Assembly (NCBI RefSeq): GCF_009914755.1
Contig: NC_060925.1
Source of the DNA: the human T2T-CHM13v2.0 reference genome, Homo sapiens
Reading direction: 5' to 3' (one strand)
Length of the DNA: 64,000 nucleotides
The position numbers and the translations under genes were made by a program. Numbering within the stretch: the stretch's first letter is position 1; each line of letters begins with the position of its first letter. Positions 1 to 15,990 of the stretch are shown here, one piece after another. The notes under the pieces are model-generated. The model worked only from the letters and a program-made list of their open reading frames with translations, was not told where the DNA came from and did not search any database.

Positions 1-1060
1 TTGCTCAGGCACATAGCTTCGTTTATATCTTTGAAATGGAAAAACTTTGACATTAACTTCCAGATAAAATATTAAAATGAATTAACATCTAAAATGAATT
101 TTAAAATATATTTTAAATATATCCTAGAAGAAAAAAATGTTTTCATGTTGATTTTTTTTCTAAGAACATATTCAAGCCTCCAGTAATTTTTCTGGGTTCC
201 TAAGAGGAATAGCATTTTTGACAGAATTTAGTCAATTATTTGTCACCTAGTAAGCATCTTTATCTGGCTTAAATATGTGATGGTCCAAATGTATTAAAAA
301 ATCACTGAGGGTGCACAGATGATGTGCAGTTTTCTCTGCAGGATCCTTCTGGATCCAAATTCCAAGATGATTGCAACTCTCCCTGTACCAGCTCCAAGAC
401 CTCTAGATCTAGCCACTGATTACCAAAATCACAGACCCTTCAATACCACCCAGACCAAAGGACTGCAAACAAAAGAATTTTATTTGAAATTGCGACACCA
501 TTGAATCTCCCATCAAGACACAAGTCCTTGCATCTGATTAGCTACATAATTAACAGTGTGACACTTGCCTTCTATTTCCAAGCCCCTTATTGACAGAATT
601 AGCACCTTGAACCTTTCCTTACCATAATTATAATATACATACACAAAATCGATGGCTTTAGGTCTGTTGCCCCATTAACTATAAGTTCCATGAAAATGGA
701 AACCTTTTGTTGTTTACCTGTGTCCCAGCATTTACCAAAGAACCCCATAATACAATAGGTGTTCAGTAATTATTTGTTGAATAAAGTCATAGATGACTAA
801 ATGGTCAAGTATGAGACTACTGAGGAAGAAATGATTAGCTTACCCTGTACAATCTAAGACATTTCTCTCAGGGTGATTTTTGAGCTGAGTCTTGAGGGGT
901 GTTGGAAACTAGCTAAATGGAGTTGGTAAAGGAATGCTCTCTTCTTTTTATTTTTAACTTCCTATTTTAAAAAAACTTTCAAATTTGTAAGAGTTACAAC
1001 AATAGAACAGTGTTCATCTGAAAGCCCTTCACCTAGAATCACCAGTTGTTACTATTTTAC

Positions 1061-1161
1061 CATATTTGCTTTATACCATATGTGTATATGTATGTATGTA
1101 CACATACAAAATACATTTTGCTTTTACCATATGTGTATATGTATGTATGTACACGTACAAA
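1061..1161. repeat. ~52 bp tandem duplication
   Basis: taccatatgtgtatatgtatgtatgtacac(a/g)tacaaa occurs twice. Confidence 0.85.
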
Positions 1162-1283
1162 TTTTTTTTTTTTGAAATGAGGTCTTATTATGTTGCCCAG
1201 GTTGATCTGCAACTCCTGAGCTCAAGGGATCTTCTTGCCTTGCATCTAACTGTGATTATAGGCGTACACCATGGCACCGAGCC
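1162..1283 (-). mobile_element. Alu monomer (FLAM-like)
   Basis: T-run then gttgcccagg...ctcctgagctcaag. Confidence 0.8.
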
Positions 1284-3527
1284 AAAAAAAATTGTTTTTT
1301 GCTAACCCCTTTGAAAGTTGCAGACATTATAACCATTTACTTCTAAATACTTCAGCATGTTTTTCCTAAAAACAGCATTCTCTTATAAAACTGCAGTGCA
1401 AATTTCAAATTCCAGAAATTTAACATTGATACGATATCATTTTCCAATATTGGCCCATATTTATATACTTCCTGCCCACAATCCAGTCCATACTTTGCGT
1501 TTAGCTGTCATGTCTGTTAAGTCTTCTTCAATCCAGAACAATTCCTCAGCATGTCTTTGTCTTTCATGATATTGGCATTTTTGAAGAATAGAGGCCAGCT
1601 GTTTGATAGAATGCCCATTTAACTTGAATATGATTGTTCCCTCAACGGCTGAACCCAAGTTATGCATTTTTGAAAGGAATACAGCAGAAATGATGCTGAG
1701 TCCCTCTCGGTGCATTCAGAAGCCGTATCATATTGCTTTGTCCCATTATTGTGATATTAAGTTTGATTATTTTATTAAGGTAGTGTTTATTAGATTTGTC
1801 CACTGTAAATATGTCTTTTTGCCTCCTGGTAAGTAATACTCTGTGAGGCAGTACTTTAAAGACTGTGTAAATATCCCATTCCTCAACAGACTTTTACCCT
1901 GAAACGTAATAAGTAAAAATCACATAAAATTTTTATCTTCTTCAAATCTTTGTACCTGAAGTTCTTTCCTTGGGCTCTTTGACTTCTTAGCCTTTAGGCC
2001 TTAAACATATTATCTGTTCAGATAGGCCTCTCCTGATTACACTGTATTTTAAATGTGTTCTACATATGTCTTCAGATTTTGGTTTTTTGTTTTTGTGTTT
2101 GAGGGTTCTCATCTACTAACAGGACTAGCAGTTTCAAATAAAGGACATAGTAGTCAATTCATTTTAGCTCTTAACTCTTCACTGAGCTCCATACCAACAT
2201 TTATATTTAATCTCAGGACATCTTGATGCTATCTGGTGTATACAAAATGGAACTCATTATCTTCTCTGTCCCTGTTAGTGGTACTACCATTTTCCAGTTG
2301 CCCAGATTTGAACCCTGGAATAATGCATGACTCTCTTTTTTTAATCTAAATCCAGTCAGGATCCTTATGTAGTGCATTGCAGAGACTTTCATGTTTCCTA
2401 CTTTTTATTCCCACTGCCACCATTCTAGTTTAGTTTTCCATTTATTCTAGCCTAGTTTATAGTCTCTTTCTCCCTCCTCAGTCTTTCTTTGTTTCAGGAC
2501 ATTGACTGTTTTGAACAGTGTACACTGGTTATTTTGTAGTGTTTCTCAGTTTGGGTTTGTCTGATTTTCATCATGATTAGATTCAGATTCTACACTTTTG
2601 TTAGGGATGCAGCATAAGCAATGCTGTATTCCTCTCAGTGCATCTTAGCAGAAGGCCTGTGTCTCCTTCCTGGTGACTCTTGTTTGTGCTCACTTGATTA
2701 TTTGTCTGCCAGGTTTCTCCACTGAAAAGATACTATTTTACCCTTTGTGAGTATCAAGTATCATTGGAGACATAGCTGAGAATATGTAAATATCCTGTTA
2801 CTCCTCAGATTTCTCACCCATTAGTTATCCATTGATGACTCTGCCTAAATCATAGTTATTATCATAGTTGCCAAATGATGGTCTTAATTCCATGTGTATC
2901 CTTATTTTCACATAACCATGATTTGAACTTTCTGAATGTATGAAATGTATTAAATGTTTTGACAGACTTTTATGTGTGGTTTATAGGGTAGATTTTCTAT
3001 TTCAGCTAAGAGTTTTAAGTTATGATTATAAATGTTTTAAGGACTTGGCTGTGTGGGTGTGTAAATATATTTCTACTCTGGTGTATACATGGAACATTCA
3101 AAATTAAAATAAGTAGATGGTTCTGATTGTTTCTAATAATAAAGAATGTATATAGATAGCTTATATGTTCTTTAACACAATGTGGAAGGTTAATTAAATT
3201 TTTAGAATCTTAAGCATTCTGTGAATACAAACAATGTTATGTAAGGAGCATTCAATACAAGTGTGGCATGGCTGATAATGTTCATTTAGTGTGGGAAAAC
3301 ATCTTCAAAAAAAGATTAACAGCATTTTTCTGTGGGACCCGTTGGGGTGGGGTAGGGTGGGTTGAGAAGGGACTGAGCTTGTTCATAAAGTTTTAACTCC
3401 GTAAGACAAACTTCTTTGTCTTCTCAGTTCTAGCTCGGTGACACATAGTAGACTTTATTTAGTGATGACAACCCCTTGTGATGAATGTCAACAGTATTAA
3501 ACTAGAACTTCCCCTGATTACTTATAG

Positions 3528-3581
3528 GTCCAACTCGCTGGAACAAGTTTACAGGCTGCTGCTCAGTCTTTAAATGTACAG
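3528..3581 (+). CDS. POU2F1: POU2F1 coding exon (~exon 4), VQLAGTSLQAAAQSLNVQ
   Basis: ttatag|GTCCAA...GTACAG|gtaagc; 54 nt, phase 0-0; too short for the ORF track. Confidence 0.95.
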
Positions 3582-3959
3582 GTAAGCTGGGACCTGGGAT
3601 TATGGGTCAATCTTTTATTTATTTTTTCTTATATTTTTCTGTAGTGAGCATATATTTTATAATAGGAAATGCTTAGAAGTATTACCTTTTCAAAATTAGT
3701 GAATCTCGTGAAGATTCAAATAATGATAATTATTACCATTAATGAAAATCAGTTTTATATTCTGCTACTGTGCATGAACCAAAAATGGACAGGAAAAGTC
3801 TACTTTCAAAGTTGTATGTGTAAGTTCAGTAAAAATGTTTCTAAGTTATACTGCTATAACACATACCTAAACACACAGCCTGAAAGTTCTCTTAAATGCC
3901 AGTTTGTTTCCAAAAGACTTGTTATTTATCATTTTTGATGTCTTAGGGAGACCTTATAG

Positions 3960-4130
3960 GGAAGAGGAAAGAACACTGGACTGAGACACAAGGGTCTTAG
4001 GTTTGCATTCTCATTCTGCCACTGACTAGCTGTGTGACCTTTGGCAAGTCACATAACCTCCTTGGGTTCAGTTTTTCTCATCTGTACTTAAGTGGGGACA
4101 TTTATAAGATTGCCAGGGTTCCTCTCCATC
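3960..4130 (+). mobile_element. MIR fragment
   Basis: MIR core tctgccactgactagctgtgtgaccttt...tctcatctgta. Confidence 0.65.
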
Positions 4131-4499
4131 CTAAAATGTTAGGCTTCTAATAATTGTAATTAAACCTGTTTGTAGATGTTGGTGGATAGACAATCAAAAT
4201 CTTAAAACTTAAATCTGGCCACTTTCCTTCTTTGAACCATATGGCACAACATGCAAAGTTCAAGTGTTAGACATTGCCCTCTTAATATTTCTATCAACCT
4301 GCTGGTTCCTTTCATTATAGTGTTTAGGTAACTAGCAGTCAAGAGGGAAAGACAGTATTATGGAAGATTGATTTCAGTGTTGCTAATGACTAAAGACCTT
4401 GGGTTGAGCATTTCATGAAACCCAGTTGAATATGGACCTAGTAACACGTAGGAACAAGGAGAGAAAAGAAAAAGAGATAATGTGACCTTACTTTCTGAG

Positions 4500-4740
4500 G
4501 GAGAGGAGGCGGAAAATTGCCTTGGTTGCCATGGTAAACTTTCATCCCTTAGAGAGATGTTGGCAAACAGGCTGTATCTCCAGTGCAGAATGTTTACAGT
4601 CCTGCACTGTAATTATCTCTCAATGACTGGCAGAATTAATCAGAGCATTTATGTTAATTAGCCTTGCTGCAGTCCCCAAAACAGGTGGTGAGAAATATGC
4701 AAATCTATGCAGAATTTTAATGCTTTGCATAACCAGTTTT
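4500..4740. promoter_or_regulatory. Candidate intronic regulatory element with octamer cluster and RFX X-box-like site
   Basis: ATGCAAAT 4697-4704, ATGCAGAA 4707-4714, CTTTGCAT 4723-4730, GTTGCCATGGTAAAC 4525-4539; motif evidence only. Confidence 0.35.
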
Positions 4741-5283
4741 AATTACCGTAAAATTTTCTCTTCGTGCCCCTCTCTCTTGACTGCAGCATTTTCTCTCTGA
4801 GCTTGTGTGTTAGTTGATGGGAGTTGCTAGATTTACCGTTCTGTAAAATATTAGGTGGAAAGTTCTGTGGATCAAGTGATCATTCTCTGAGATGGTATAT
4901 GGAGAAGTTTCAGACTGACCACCAGGTGTATGTTAAAATATTGGTTTGGAAGGTCTAATGTAGAGGTGAATTGAAAATATATTCTTCCCTTTACCCCCTA
5001 TTTCTAGAGTTGAGGAATTGGGGGCTATGAAAAAAATCTATAAATTTGTGGGGGATGACTTTATTTTTAAAAATTGTAATAGCAGCTTTGCTGGCATTAG
5101 AATTAACAAGTTTAAAAACTTGGTATGTGAAACTAGGAAAATACAAATAAAAGAAAGGAGGTAAACCAGAACTCATGACTGAATAAGCTCATGTTTTAAA
5201 TGATTCCTAAAAGATGGGGTTTTAAGTACATTTCTTTTAATCAACCATTTGCAATCTTTTATTTCCTACCCACCCCACCTCAG

Positions 5284-5403
5284 TCTAAATCTAATGAAGA
5301 ATCGGGGGATTCGCAGCAGCCAAGCCAGCCTTCCCAGCAGCCTTCAGTGCAGGCAGCCATTCCCCAGACCCAGCTTATGCTAGCTGGAGGACAGATAACT
5401 GGG
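5284..5403 (+). CDS. POU2F1: POU2F1 coding exon (~exon 5), SKSNEESGD...GGQITG
   Basis: cctcag|TCTAAA...ACTGGG|gtaagt; 120 nt, phase 0-0. Confidence 0.96.
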
Positions 5404-5839
5404 GTAAGTGTTCACTGAGAGAATTATAACAAACTTTTTCTGTGTCAGAACTGCCATTGGCCAATAGCTGATTAGAATTGTTCACCATAGCTGGTAGTAA
5501 CATGGCTATGCCTGGCACTATTGTGTCTTTAAGGAACTTCCTACACTGTAGGTAGTAAGTTGCTCTGAAAAAGGAATTATCTTTGTCGTAAGTTTTCAGG
5601 ATATCTTTTATTAGAATTGTGGATGCTCTGGATAAATTAAAAACCTTATTAAACCCCTGTTTCAGGTGTTGCTTCATCATGCAATGGAGTAATTATCATA
5701 TGGTTGAGATCATTACACTGAAAATGGCAGTTATCCATTTGGCATTAAGACATCACTGCAGGGTAGAAGTTAAAGAATGGATTAGTACCTGCAAAAGAAA
5801 AACATTTTTCTTTAAGTTACTGTGTAATGATCTAAAATA

Positions 5840-6030
5840 AAGCATGTGGCTTCATATCCTAGCTCTGCAACTTACCGTATGGCCTAATTACTTCATTTCC
5901 CTCTACCTGTTTTCCTTCTGTTAAATGGAGATACTAATAATACCTATCTCACATTACTGTTGTAAAGATTGGAGATAATACATGTAAAACTTATAGAACG
6001 GTGCTTGGCATGTAGCATTCAACAAATATT
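5840..6030 (+). mobile_element. MIR fragment
   Basis: tcctagctctgc...aaatggagatactaataatacctatctcac...gtgcttggcatgtag. Confidence 0.6.
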
Positions 6031-7470
6031 GTTTATTTTTGTACTTGATCTTAGCCAAAAGGCTGAGACGTTCTGTCATTTATTTTTTATGGTTACTAAA
6101 TTGGCCTGTTTGGCTATATTAAGCTTTTAAGTTTTCAGCTGTCTTTTCTCTAAGGCACCATTCAAAATATTTTTCCAATGTTGAAAATTTGTGTATTAAA
6201 TTATCTTTGTGGGGATTGGTTTAGGGCAATGGTAAGGAATAGTTTTTATTCAATTCACATCACATTAACTCCCAAGAATTTCCTAGGGTTTTTTGTTTTC
6301 TTTCTTTCTTTCTTTTTTTCCCAGTTAAGTGTGTTTTGTCAGTGGACAACTGTTTTAAGAACTGTTGCAAAATTGTTCACAAAATCCCATGAGTAGAGAT
6401 GTATGTATATATATATTATGTAAAAATTAAAAATATATCTATACTTTATATACACACATATCCCTTGAAGGGTATTGAGTTTTTGAATGGTTTGGTTTTG
6501 AGCCTTATGTTTCTAATGCACAAATTGTGTTTGATTCTTTTAGAGGAGGTTGTGGCACTAAGTGACTGTACATATACTTCAGAAAATTATGGTTCCATCT
6601 TGTTTGATCAATCAGAACTTGTCACCAAAAGAAAAGTAGAACACATTTACTACTTTAAGTGTGTTTGAAATAAGTTGCATTATGAAAACAACTTTAAATA
6701 TGCTCTAAATACATTTCCTACTTTACTATTTGGGTCTTGTTTTTGGTGACTAGTGTCTACAATAGTAAGAGGGAGTTGGGATTCTAGGTTCCTTTGGCTG
6801 GAGCTTCTGTTAAACCTGGGCATTAGGGTTCATTTGCATGTAAAGAGAACGGCTATCACCACCTGTTTCATAGAGATAATGTGTTGGAAAGGAGATGTAA
6901 AGTTGCAGAGACTCAGTGCTTTCAATAACAGAAAAGATTGTGTTAGGGAGGGGCCTGTAGGGAGACTTGGAAAAGAAACAAATGGAGCTCATATTCTTTA
7001 GTCATATCTTTGGACTTAATGGAAATGATGGAATATGGCAGGGATTCATGCTAATGGGAAGCAGCTGGGCCTTATCAGTTCTTTCCTTGGTTATATCCAG
7101 CATCCTTGTTCCTCATTCATCTGACTAATCACTTGCTGTTTGGTTGTGTGTAAATGTATTTTCATATCTTGTCAGTGGTGATTCTTTTTTTTTTTTCTTG
7201 CTTACTAGTTAATTACTTTTTTGCCCAAACCCTAGGGCCCTGGACAAGCTTGAATGATTAAGTCCATAGTGGGGACCACCATTTTAATTTAAATGTTCTG
7301 CTAGTAATGGTAGTTTGATCACTGATGAACATTTTAGCTGTCTGCTAAGCAAGTGAAGTTGGGTAGCTGGGGACTGATATCATTTGAGTTACCTATTTTA
7401 AAGCAGTTGGCTTGCATTAGGAGACTTTCTCCTTCAACACTTTCCCATAATGTGTTCTGGTTTTGTTTAG

Positions 7471-7659
7471 CTTACTTTGACGCCTGCCCAGCAACAGTTA
7501 CTACTCCAGCAGGCACAGGCACAGGCACAGCTGCTGGCTGCTGCAGTGCAGCAGCACTCCGCCAGCCAGCAGCACAGTGCTGCTGGAGCCACCATCTCCG
7601 CCTCTGCTGCCACGCCCATGACGCAGATCCCCCTGTCTCAGCCCATACAGATCGCACAG
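7471..7659 (+). CDS. POU2F1: POU2F1 coding exon (~exon 6), Gln/Ala-rich LTLTPAQQQ...PIQIAQ
   Basis: gtttag|CTTACT...GCACAG|gtgagt; 189 nt. Confidence 0.96.
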
Positions 7660-8144
7660 GTGAGTGAGGAACTCCAATAGCTGGGGCAGCAAGTGAGGAA
7701 TAAAGTGGCAGGTTTTATTTAATGTTAGATTAACTTTTTGATTGTTAGTGTGGGGCCTTAACTGCCTGAGGAGCTCTAGATCAGTGAGGTAAGCGGTACC
7801 CTTCCTTACCACTGAATTAGAAATAATGTTTGTTTGCTTATTGTAGTTGATATTGTAAACATATAGCTGATTATTTGAATAACTGACTTTATATTAAGTG
7901 ACAATTCTTGAATAATTAGCTGGCATATTTTTGAAGCAGGGGATTACTGTATTTATTTTAATTAGCTAATTACAGCAGACATGGATTTTTTTTCATGTGC
8001 TCTGCGGTGAATGTTGCCACCCATGTGTGAGACAGTGAGTCATCTCTGCTATGGAGTGATTAACATTATTGCATTAGAATGTTGTTTGGTTTCAATTTTC
8101 ACATTTTAGGGCAAAGTATCGAGAGATAATAAAAATTTATTTAA

Positions 8145-8406
<262 letters not shown>

Positions 8407-9391
8407 TTAAGAAGCATACACAATAGTACCAAGGAGGAAAATAAATAAAATCTTTAATCTCAAGAAGAGGAAAAAGGTATAAGTAGATATATCAGTAAAA
8501 TATATGAAGAGTTATTATGAGTCTAATTGTTAGACAGCTGTCTTTATCCGTCTCAGAAAAGACTCAGAAATGGACTTAACTTGTAGCAAGAGTTTGACTA
8601 ACCATTTAAAAAGAACTAATTAACTGTAAGAGTAGAGAATAAATATCAGACTAGTCTTTATACAATCTTTATCAAGATAATGTTTTGATTTTGGCCACTT
8701 TCTCATCACCAAATAAATGTTTTTAGTGCCTAAGCTGTGAGACCCTATATTAACATTAGTCTAAATAAGATAACGTTCATGAAAACACTTTGAAAATTAT
8801 AAAACAGTAGGCCAATGTAAGGTGCTATTGTTGTTAGGGATTAAATTTTTATATGGATAGCTATTTTTGGTTTTAAAAAATTGAATACTTTAGAACATGT
8901 GGAAAAGGGCAAAAAAATTGAATACTGATTTTTCAGTTGAGTTAGATAAGCTGTTGTCAAATGTCATAAGTCATTATAGGCCCTTTATTGATGGAAATTC
9001 AGACATAACACGATCAATTTTTATTTAAGAGAAAGATCAATCAAATATTTAAAAACTGTTTTCTCACTTGATTTTTAAAACCCATATTGGTCTTTACATG
9101 ATAAAAAACAGAAGTATATTTGTTCTGAGGGAATTTTAAAGAAACATTGAAAATTAGGCTTATCATAACAATATATGTCAGTCCACAAAAATAGTCAGTT
9201 GCAGAGGCTCCAGGTTGCTTCACGTGCTTTGTCAAGCACACACAGAGCATACCCTGTTTGGAATATGAAAGCATGCGAAGTATTTACTCTTCTTTATTTG
9301 GATGTGACAGAAGTCATCAGCTGGAAGCCTTATAATTAAGCGACCTTTTATTTCAGAATCTCCAATCCATGTTTTAATTCCAATTTTTCAG

Positions 9392-9518
9392 GATCTTCAA
9401 CAACTGCAACAGCTTCAACAGCAGAATCTCAACCTGCAACAGTTTGTGTTGGTGCATCCAACCACCAATTTGCAGCCAGCGCAGTTTATCATCTCACAGA
9501 CGCCCCAGGGCCAGCAGG
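9392..9518 (+). CDS. POU2F1: POU2F1 coding exon (~exon 7), Gln-rich DLQQLQQ...QGQQ(G)
   Basis: tttcag|GATCTT...CAGCAGG|gtgagc; 127 nt, phase 0-1. Confidence 0.96.
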
Positions 9519-10667
9519 GTGAGCTCCTCCTTAGAGCTTATTAGTGGTATACCAAGGCTGTTCGCTGAATGTTACACATGCATGAACTACTATCATTTTG
9601 GCCCTGAAACTATTAGACCAATGTTTTTATTAAATTTTATTTGATTATAAACTTTCGTTTAAAAAAAGTTTTGTTTTGTTTTTTGTCATAAATACCACAT
9701 TATTGAAGGTTGCCCTGAACTGCCATTCATCTGCTTAATCACTAAGGAAGAACCAAGAGTTTGGCCAAAAGTCTAAGTGAAATTATTCAACATGCCAAAC
9801 ATAAATTGGATAAGTTGCTGCTAGTGTTTTGATTGTTTTTCATGGAAGTGTATTCAAAGAATATAGACTGAGTGTTGAAAGTATGTGCTTCTAACCATTG
9901 TTTTTTTAATTTAAGGAGGGAAGACTGCTATAATAGAAACTACAAATTTCGTGAGTTATAAAAAACATCTTTGAGTCATTTGAGTGGTAAATGTTATATA
10001 ATTAATATATCAAACAACCACTCGTCTGTAAGGTCAGTTAATGTAATCAGGGTGAAGAATGTCAGAGTATCAAGGCTTCAACCCAAGGAACATTAGTGCA
10101 TCACTAATGATTCTTTATTATTTCTGAGTGGGTTTTTTTGCCTTTTTTCTTCTTGATCATTCATTCCAAAATCTTTTGTCATGAAATAATTATTCTAGCA
10201 TATATTCAAGATTCAGAGATAAGTAATTCAGTATTTACTTGCAGAGGGCTCACAATTTAGTGGCAGGGAAACAGACCTAAATTATGTTAGATTTGATATG
10301 CACACAATGCTATGGGAACCAAGCAAAGAGACCCCTGTAACTTTGTGCTCAGATAAGTCTTCACAGTGAATTTGGGAAAATACATTCATAGGCTTACAAA
10401 AGAGAGAATGTCAGTCTTGGAAAATGAACAGCATTTGCAAACCTTAGAAACATGGAAGAAAAATCAATAAGCTGTGTTTGAGAACTATAAGTAGTGCCTT
10501 ACAACTGCAGAATAAGTTTGCATATGCAGGTAATAGTGAAATTTGAACCCAGAAAGATTAGCAGAGACCAGATCATTAAAGAACCTTAGATTAAGTTTCC
10601 AGGAGTTTGACCTTAAATCCTATAGCTTAGTGCTTCCTAAGATTTGATTTATTTAAGAGTCATTAAT

Positions 10668-10970
<303 letters not shown>

Positions 10971-11035
10971 TCACTTGAGGAATTAGAAAAGTTTCCTGAG
11001 CCCTAACCCCAACCTCCCAATTACTTTTTTTCTTA

Positions 11036-12661
<1,626 letters not shown>

Positions 12662-13469
12662 TAAACCACAGATTTGATCAGAAAAGTGGCATTTCCAAGT
12701 TTTTATTTAATAAAGTTCATGTTGAAACTTGGGTAGGGAAAATTGGTAAATAAGTAGGTAGATGGACAGGACCTGGTGGCCAGTTATATTTGATTAATGA
12801 TAGGAAAGAGGTATCTAGGTATAATGCCTGGGTTTTTAGGAAACTACGAGGGTTGATAGGGTCAGAGAAAATATATATGTAGTGTTAGAAGAACCTTGGT
12901 GAAACCAACCTTTTAGGTGTAAAGGATTAAGTAGATTCAAAAGATACTGCATTTTCAGAAGTCAAAAACTAGTGGAGAGTGGTAATCGCAATGGAAGAAA
13001 ATGCCAAGAGGGAAGGAGAAAGTGACCTAGATCAGAAAGACTTAGGAAGGTCAATGCAAAGTGTGTTTATTAGATTTGTTAATTGCCAAAGCCTTAAGAT
13101 AGAATGAGATTGCCTTCATTCACTTTCAGCAAAGCCAAGGGCGTTGTCTTTCCCTTTTCATATCTGGGACCTCATTTTATTTCAATTTTATTTGTCTCAA
13201 ATCAAGATAGTAGGAATAATGAATTACTGTTCATTCTGATTTTTTGGTACTTGCAAAAGTATGTGTATGTTTTTAAACACTCCCCCAACTTCCAGACTTT
13301 TATAAGATTGGGAAAATAGCACAGATAATGTAATACTGATTGGCCTTAGAGCCAGTGACCCTGGACAACTCACCTAACCTTTCTGAGTTTCCCATATTTC
13401 CCTTTTTATCTTCCCCTTCACTTACATGGGTGAATTACAAAAAAAGTTTTACTACCCTAACATCAGGAA

Positions 13470-13720
13470 GGTCATTATAATGTAGTAGCAAAGAGCATAG
13501 ACTCTAAAGCCAAACTGTCTCTTTGTGAATCTTGGCTCTGCCACTTACCTGTGTGTCCTGGGGAAAGTTAACTTTATGGGCCCCTGTTTCCTCAACTGTG
13601 ATATTAGGATACTTTCAGTGTTCACCTCTAAGAGTTGTAGGGAGTCAACGAGTAAACACATGTAAGGCACCTTTTAGAAAGCTGCCTCCTACATAGTAAC
13701 CTTTCTAAATCTTTGCTGCT
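13470..13720 (+). mobile_element. MIR element
   Basis: aagagcatagactct...gaatcttggctctgccacttac...tgtttcctcaactgt. Confidence 0.65.
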
Positions 13721-14420
13721 GTTATCATTATGACATTATCATGATACCAGTATCATCCTCAGTCAACAAACGATAGATAACTCAGAGAATGAAAAGGTTG
13801 TTCCTTTATATAGTTTCCCTAGAATCACCTTGTACCACTGCTGCTGAGTTGCAATCATTCGTTAGTCGTATGTGACCTAGATTCCATTTTCTAAGATTAT
13901 TCAACAATGTAGAGGATCAGCGTAGTGGAAATACGTCTATAAACATTTCTAAGAATTGAATTCATTGTAATTAATAGCATCAGAGAAGCTGAAAATCCAA
14001 AGAGCTAATCTCTTAACTTCATGATGGAGGACAAAGATTTTATCTTTTGGAATTTTAATAATGTTTCCAGCATGAGATTAGCCTTCAATATTGATTTCTG
14101 GAATTCTGTTTTCCCTTGTTTTTCATTGATTAACCTAAAACTTTTGAGATGTAGTTCATATTTTTGGTAATATTGCTATGATTATATAACTGTAACTGTC
14201 TAGAATTTAATTTCTAGCAAGGGAAATTTAAGCCTTTTCCTCAGAATTATTTTTCATGGGAAAATTCTTACTGATAGATTACTGGACTTGAGTCATAATT
14301 TATTGGTTATCTTATTCTGCCCTATCTACTCTCAGCACTAATTATAAAAATAATCAAAGAAATGTTTTTGGTTAGAAAACTGTTGTTCATTTGAGTTTTG
14401 TTTGGGTTTTCATTGTTTAG

Positions 14421-14744
<324 letters not shown>

Positions 14745-14964
14745 AAGCATTGGTTTTTTAAAAAGTTCTAAACCTCTATGGGCCCTTTCAGCCTTTTCAG
14801 CTGACCTTGTTTGGGGGTAAAACCTAAGGTTTGAATTTGTTTACTTATCTGCTTTTGTCTCTTACAGATTAAACTAACTTTCATTGTTAAACTTTAAAGA
14901 AACTCCTATGTTGAAATAGCCTATGTTTAATGGAACTTCATTTCTGACCTTTGTGCTCTCTTCT

Positions 14965-15269
14965 CTTTTTTTTTTTTTTTTTTTTTTTGAGACAGAGTCT
15001 TGTTTTTTCACCCAGGCTGGAGTACAGTGGCGCAGTCTTGTCTTAACACAACCTCTGCCTCCTGGGTTCAAGCAATTCTCTTGCCTCGCCTCCCGAGTAG
15101 CTGGGATTATAGGTGTGTGCCACCACACCCGGTTAATTTTTGTATTTTTAGTAGAGATGGGGTTTCACCATGTTGGCCAGGCTGGTCTTGAACTCCTGAC
15201 CTCAAGTGATCTGCCTGCCTCGGCCTCCCAAAGTGCTGGGATTACACACATGAGCCACCGCGCCTGGCC
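14965..15269 (-). mobile_element. Alu (AluS-like)
   Basis: Full antisense dimer with T-run. Confidence 0.92.
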
Positions 15270-15419
15270 CTCTCTTTTTTTATTATTGTTTTTGAATATT
15301 CTTTAGTCTTTTCAAAACAATTTTATTTAATTAGTTTTAATAGTTAACATAAAATATAGTTTTGTTCCTCTAGACTACCCTTCAGTATTTTTCAAACCAG
15401 TAAAGTTTGATATTTTAAT

Positions 15420-15990
15420 TAATTCACTCAAAAATTAGTTGAGTGCCTGCTGTGTCATATAGTGCTCTGATAGTTAGGGATGTATTTTGAACAAGATGCA
15501 GGCCCTGCCCTCATTAAGAGACGTCAAATAGTAAACATGTAAACAAATGGTTTAGATACCAATAAGTACTAGTCAGGTAGCGGATCATAGTAATCTGGTA
15601 ATGGTTAACCTAAAGAAGAATGGGCCCATGGTCTGGAAAAGTCTCTCTGGAGAAGCAATATTTGAATTGGGAACTGGTGAGGAAGGATGAGGGAGAGGTT
15701 ACCACACCTAGAATCTGAAGACAAGAGTCTTGTAGGCAAAGGAATGTGAAACACCTGAGATGGGAACAGCTTGACCTGATCCAGGAAAAGAAAAGCCAAA
15801 GTAGCTGGAGTTCAGTGAGTCAAAGGAAGTGGTAGAAGTTGAGATACGATAGCTAGACAGGGCCAGATACCTAGGGCTGCATAGATTTTGTTCTAATTCT
15901 AATATAAGGCCATGACAGCATTTTAATTGGGAAATAATAAGATTATAAAGATCACCCTAACTATTATATGGAGATTGAACTATAGGGAGA
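15420..15990 (-). mobile_element. L2 fragment
   Basis: L2 3' end ttcactcaaaaattagttgagtgcctgctgtgt and purine-rich body. Confidence 0.55.

Larger units (their letters stand above)
950..1900 (-). mobile_element. Old L1 (L1MC-like) 3' fragment, interrupted by a FLAM
   Basis: L1MC-like motifs such as cccttcacctaga...ccagttgttactattttacc. Confidence 0.45.
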
